A stretch of DNA of 64,000 nt from Bryobacterales bacterium (GTDB taxonomy: Bacteria > Acidobacteriota > Terriglobia > Bryobacterales > UBA6623): the NCBI GenBank assembly GCA_965226435.1, contig CBDDCY010000005.1, positions 141,966 through 205,965 on the forward strand, in the 5' to 3' direction. Below, piece by piece: positions 62,100 through 64,000 of this stretch. The notes under the pieces are model-generated. The model did not search any database and was not told the DNA's origin. It saw nothing but the letters and a program-made list of their open reading frames with translations. Each line of letters opens with the position of its first letter. The stretch's first letter is position 1. Position numbers and translations under genes: made by a program.

Positions 62100-62289
62100 C
62101 CCAAACCGAGCCGCGCACGTCAGTAAGCGGTATGCGATGAGGCCGTTCAACCAAAAGGAAAGTGGCGGAAGCGTGGTTCGCGGGACGCCACTTCCAAACA
62201 CAGCAACAGGTTGCACCCTCGAAGCCGTGCCGAAATCCCGCGTGATGACATCGGATACCGCTTACTAAACGCGCGGGGCTCGGTTTGGG
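62100..62289. repeat. 190-bp imperfect palindrome (MITE-like or long hairpin) in a divergent intergenic region
   Basis: 62100-62139 (CCCAAACCGAGCC...AGTAAGCGGTATGCGATG) pairs with 62249-62289. There is an inner hairpin GGAAAGTGGCG...CGCCACTTCC (62157-62195). Confidence 0.7.
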
Positions 62290-62335
62290 ACGAATTGCTA
62301 CGCTACGAAGGCGGCCGACGCGCACCACGATTCCC

Positions 62336-63721
62336 ATGGCGTCCCAAGCGTCCGACTATTACTCAGCAAACCGCGAGGCTTTTCTCGCCGGATTGATCGA
62401 GTTTCTCCGCATCCCGAGCATCAGCGCATTGCCGCAGCATTCCCCGGATATCAAAGCCGCCGCCGATTTTCTCGTCAACGATCTCAACAAGGCCGGCCTC
62501 GAAAACGCCGGGCTCATCGAAGGCCTCGGCAACCCCCTGGTGACGGCGGAATGGCGCGGCGCCGAAGGCCGCCCGACCCTGTTGATCTACGGACATTACG
62601 ATGTCCAACCGACCGACCCGCTCGACGAGTGGCACTCGCCTCCCTTTGAACCGCGAATCCGCGGCGACGATCTGTTCGCGCGCGGCGCCGCCGACGACAA
62701 GGGGCAGGTCTATCTATTAATCAAGGCCGTCGAGGGCCTTCTCAAGTCCAGCGGCAAGCTGCCGGTCAACGTAATGTTCCTGATCGAAGGCGAGGAGGAA
62801 TGCGGCGGCCAAGCCGTCACCACCTACCTCGAGCAACACGGCGCGGAACTCCCGGCCGACGCCGTTCTCATCTGCGACACCGAAATGTTCGCGCCCGGAC
62901 TGCCCACCCTTTGCGTTGGGCTGCGGGGCATCGTCTACGCCGAGATAGAGGTCAGCGGCGCGGCGACTGATTTGCACTCCGGCGTTTACGGCGGCGCCGC
63001 TCCCAACGCCCTCGAAGCCGCCGCCCAAATCATCGCGGGCCTCAAGCAAGGCGGCATGGGCGAGGCGGCCGGGCGGGTTCTGATTCCCGGCTTCCACGAC
63101 CAAGTCGACCCCCCGGCTCCGGCCGAGCTCGCGGTTTGGGCGAAACTGCCTTTCGACGAAGAGCGCTATCGCCGCGAGGAAGTCGGTTCGCCGGCGCTGA
63201 CCGGCGAGGCGGGCTACTCGGTTTTGGAAAGAACCTGGGCGCGGCCGACGCTCGACATCCACGGCATTCGCGGCGGGTTTGTCGGCGAGGGGGCGAAAAC
63301 CGTCATACCGGCGCGGGTAACCGTGAAGGTCAGCATGCGCTTGGTTCCCTCCATGGACCCGCACGATATCTTGGCCAAATTCGAGCGCCGCGTCGACCAA
63401 CTCACGCCGCCGGGAATTCGCGTGGAAACCCGCCGGCTGCACGCCGCGCCGGCGTCCGTCGTCGATCCCGAGAATCAGTTCGTACGGACGGCCGCCAACG
63501 CGCTAAGCGAGACGTTCGAGAGCGAAACGGTGTTCATTCGGTCAGGAGGGTCGATTCCCGTTGTCTCCGAATTCAACAAGCACGCCGGAATTCCCAGCGT
63601 GCTGATGGGCTTCAGCCTGCCCGACGACAACATTCACGCCCCCAACGAAAAATTCCACCTGCCGAATTTCCACCGCGGCATCGAAGCCGTCGGATGCTAC
63701 CTGGAAATGCTGGGGGCCTAG
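62336..63721 (+). CDS. M20-family dipeptidase/deacylase
   Basis: LLIYGHYDVQP, ARGAADDKGQ and LIEGEEECGG motifs. ATG at 62336. Confidence 0.88.
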   Translation: MASQASDYYSANREAFLAGLIEFLRIPSISALPQHSPDIKAAADFLVNDLNKAGLENAGLIEGLGNPLVTAEWRGAEGRPTLLIYGHYDVQPTDPLDEWHSPPFEPRIRGDDLFARGAADDKGQVYLLIKAVEGLLKSSGKLPVNVMFLIEGEEECGGQAVTTYLEQHGAELPADAVLICDTEMFAPGLPTLCVGLRGIVYAEIEVSGAATDLHSGVYGGAAPNALEAAAQIIAGLKQGGMGEAAGRVLIPGFHDQVDPPAPAELAVWAKLPFDEERYRREEVGSPALTGEAGYSVLERTWARPTLDIHGIRGGFVGEGAKTVIPARVTVKVSMRLVPSMDPHDILAKFERRVDQLTPPGIRVETRRLHAAPASVVDPENQFVRTAANALSETFESETVFIRSGGSIPVVSEFNKHAGIPSVLMGFSLPDDNIHAPNEKFHLPNFHRGIEAVGCYLEMLGA

Positions 63722-63736
63722 GTGCGGACGGCCTGG

Positions 63737-64000
63737 ATGGGAGTCCCGCGTCGAGCGCTAAAGGCCTCGCTGCTCGCCACAAGCGTGTTGACGCTGTCCG
63801 CTCTCCCGATCATCCACCCCGGAGGCGTCGTCAACGGAGCAAGCTTTCTCCCCTCGCCTCTGCCCGGGTCCGCGCTCGCGCCGGGGTCGGTCGTCAGCAT
63901 CTTCGGGACAAACCTTGGACCCGAACCGGGCCTGGCCGCCGCCGGGCGGCCGTTGCCCACCGAACTCGCCAACATCGCGGTTTCGTTGTGGAACGGTGAA
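63737..64000 (+). CDS. secreted protein, 5' part only (runs off window end); N-terminus resembles Solibacter-type TIGR03437-like proteins
   Basis: ATG at 63737, with the frame open to 64000: MGVPRRALKASLLATSVLTLSALPIIHPGGVVNGASFLPSPLPGSALAPGSVVSIFGTNLG... Confidence 0.5.
   Translation, partial: MGVPRRALKASLLATSVLTLSALPIIHPGGVVNGASFLPSPLPGSALAPGSVVSIFGTNLGPEPGLAAAGRPLPTELANIAVSLWNGE

Overview
High-GC bacterial chromosome segment. It is probably Acidobacteria; this is inferred from a VWFA-related acidobacterial-type VWA protein, a CarboxypepD_reg TonB-dependent-receptor-like protein, a PSCyt/DUF1549/DUF1553 protein and a Solibacter-type C-terminal-domain protein at the window end. Most of the window is ordinary core content: mtnP, dapF, rluD, recA, bfr, csrA-fliW, an ECF sigma/anti-sigma/TBDR-like module, a type IV pilus-like operon (lolA-like, pilC, pilB, pilM, pilN, pilO and a Gly-rich pseudopilin-like gene) and assorted metabolic enzymes. 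Three accessory patches stand out. (1) 1-2708 is the right end of an integrative element (primase-like gene, xis, hypothetical, tyrosine integrase) abutting a tRNA with a CAU anticodon. (2) 9995-13705 holds a PIN toxin pair, a 5' fragment of an IS630-family element, and an IS1595-family element bounded by inverted repeats. That element carries a fused C5-methyltransferase/HNH-nuclease gene and a small ORF as passengers. (3) 21473-29050 begins with a 1.6 kb ORF-poor, repeat-rich locus. It contains 114/118-nt inverted repeats bracketing 1.1 kb, three hairpins with identical UGAA loops, and three tandem units with a conserved core. This locus is followed by a DUF4145/HEPN-like gene pair, a zinc-ribbon miniprotein, a nucleoside hydrolase, an Mrr-type restriction endonuclease gene cleanly split by an intact IS630 copy, and a HicB-like remnant. 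Separately, a TlpA/ResA-like thioredoxin-fold gene (19856-20410) has an in-frame TGA exactly at the first Cys of CxxC, making it a candidate selenoprotein. Intergenic regions throughout carry a family of short tandem oligomer repeats and two dispersed repeat motifs. All calls come from reading the sequence and the supplied translations. No database searches were run.
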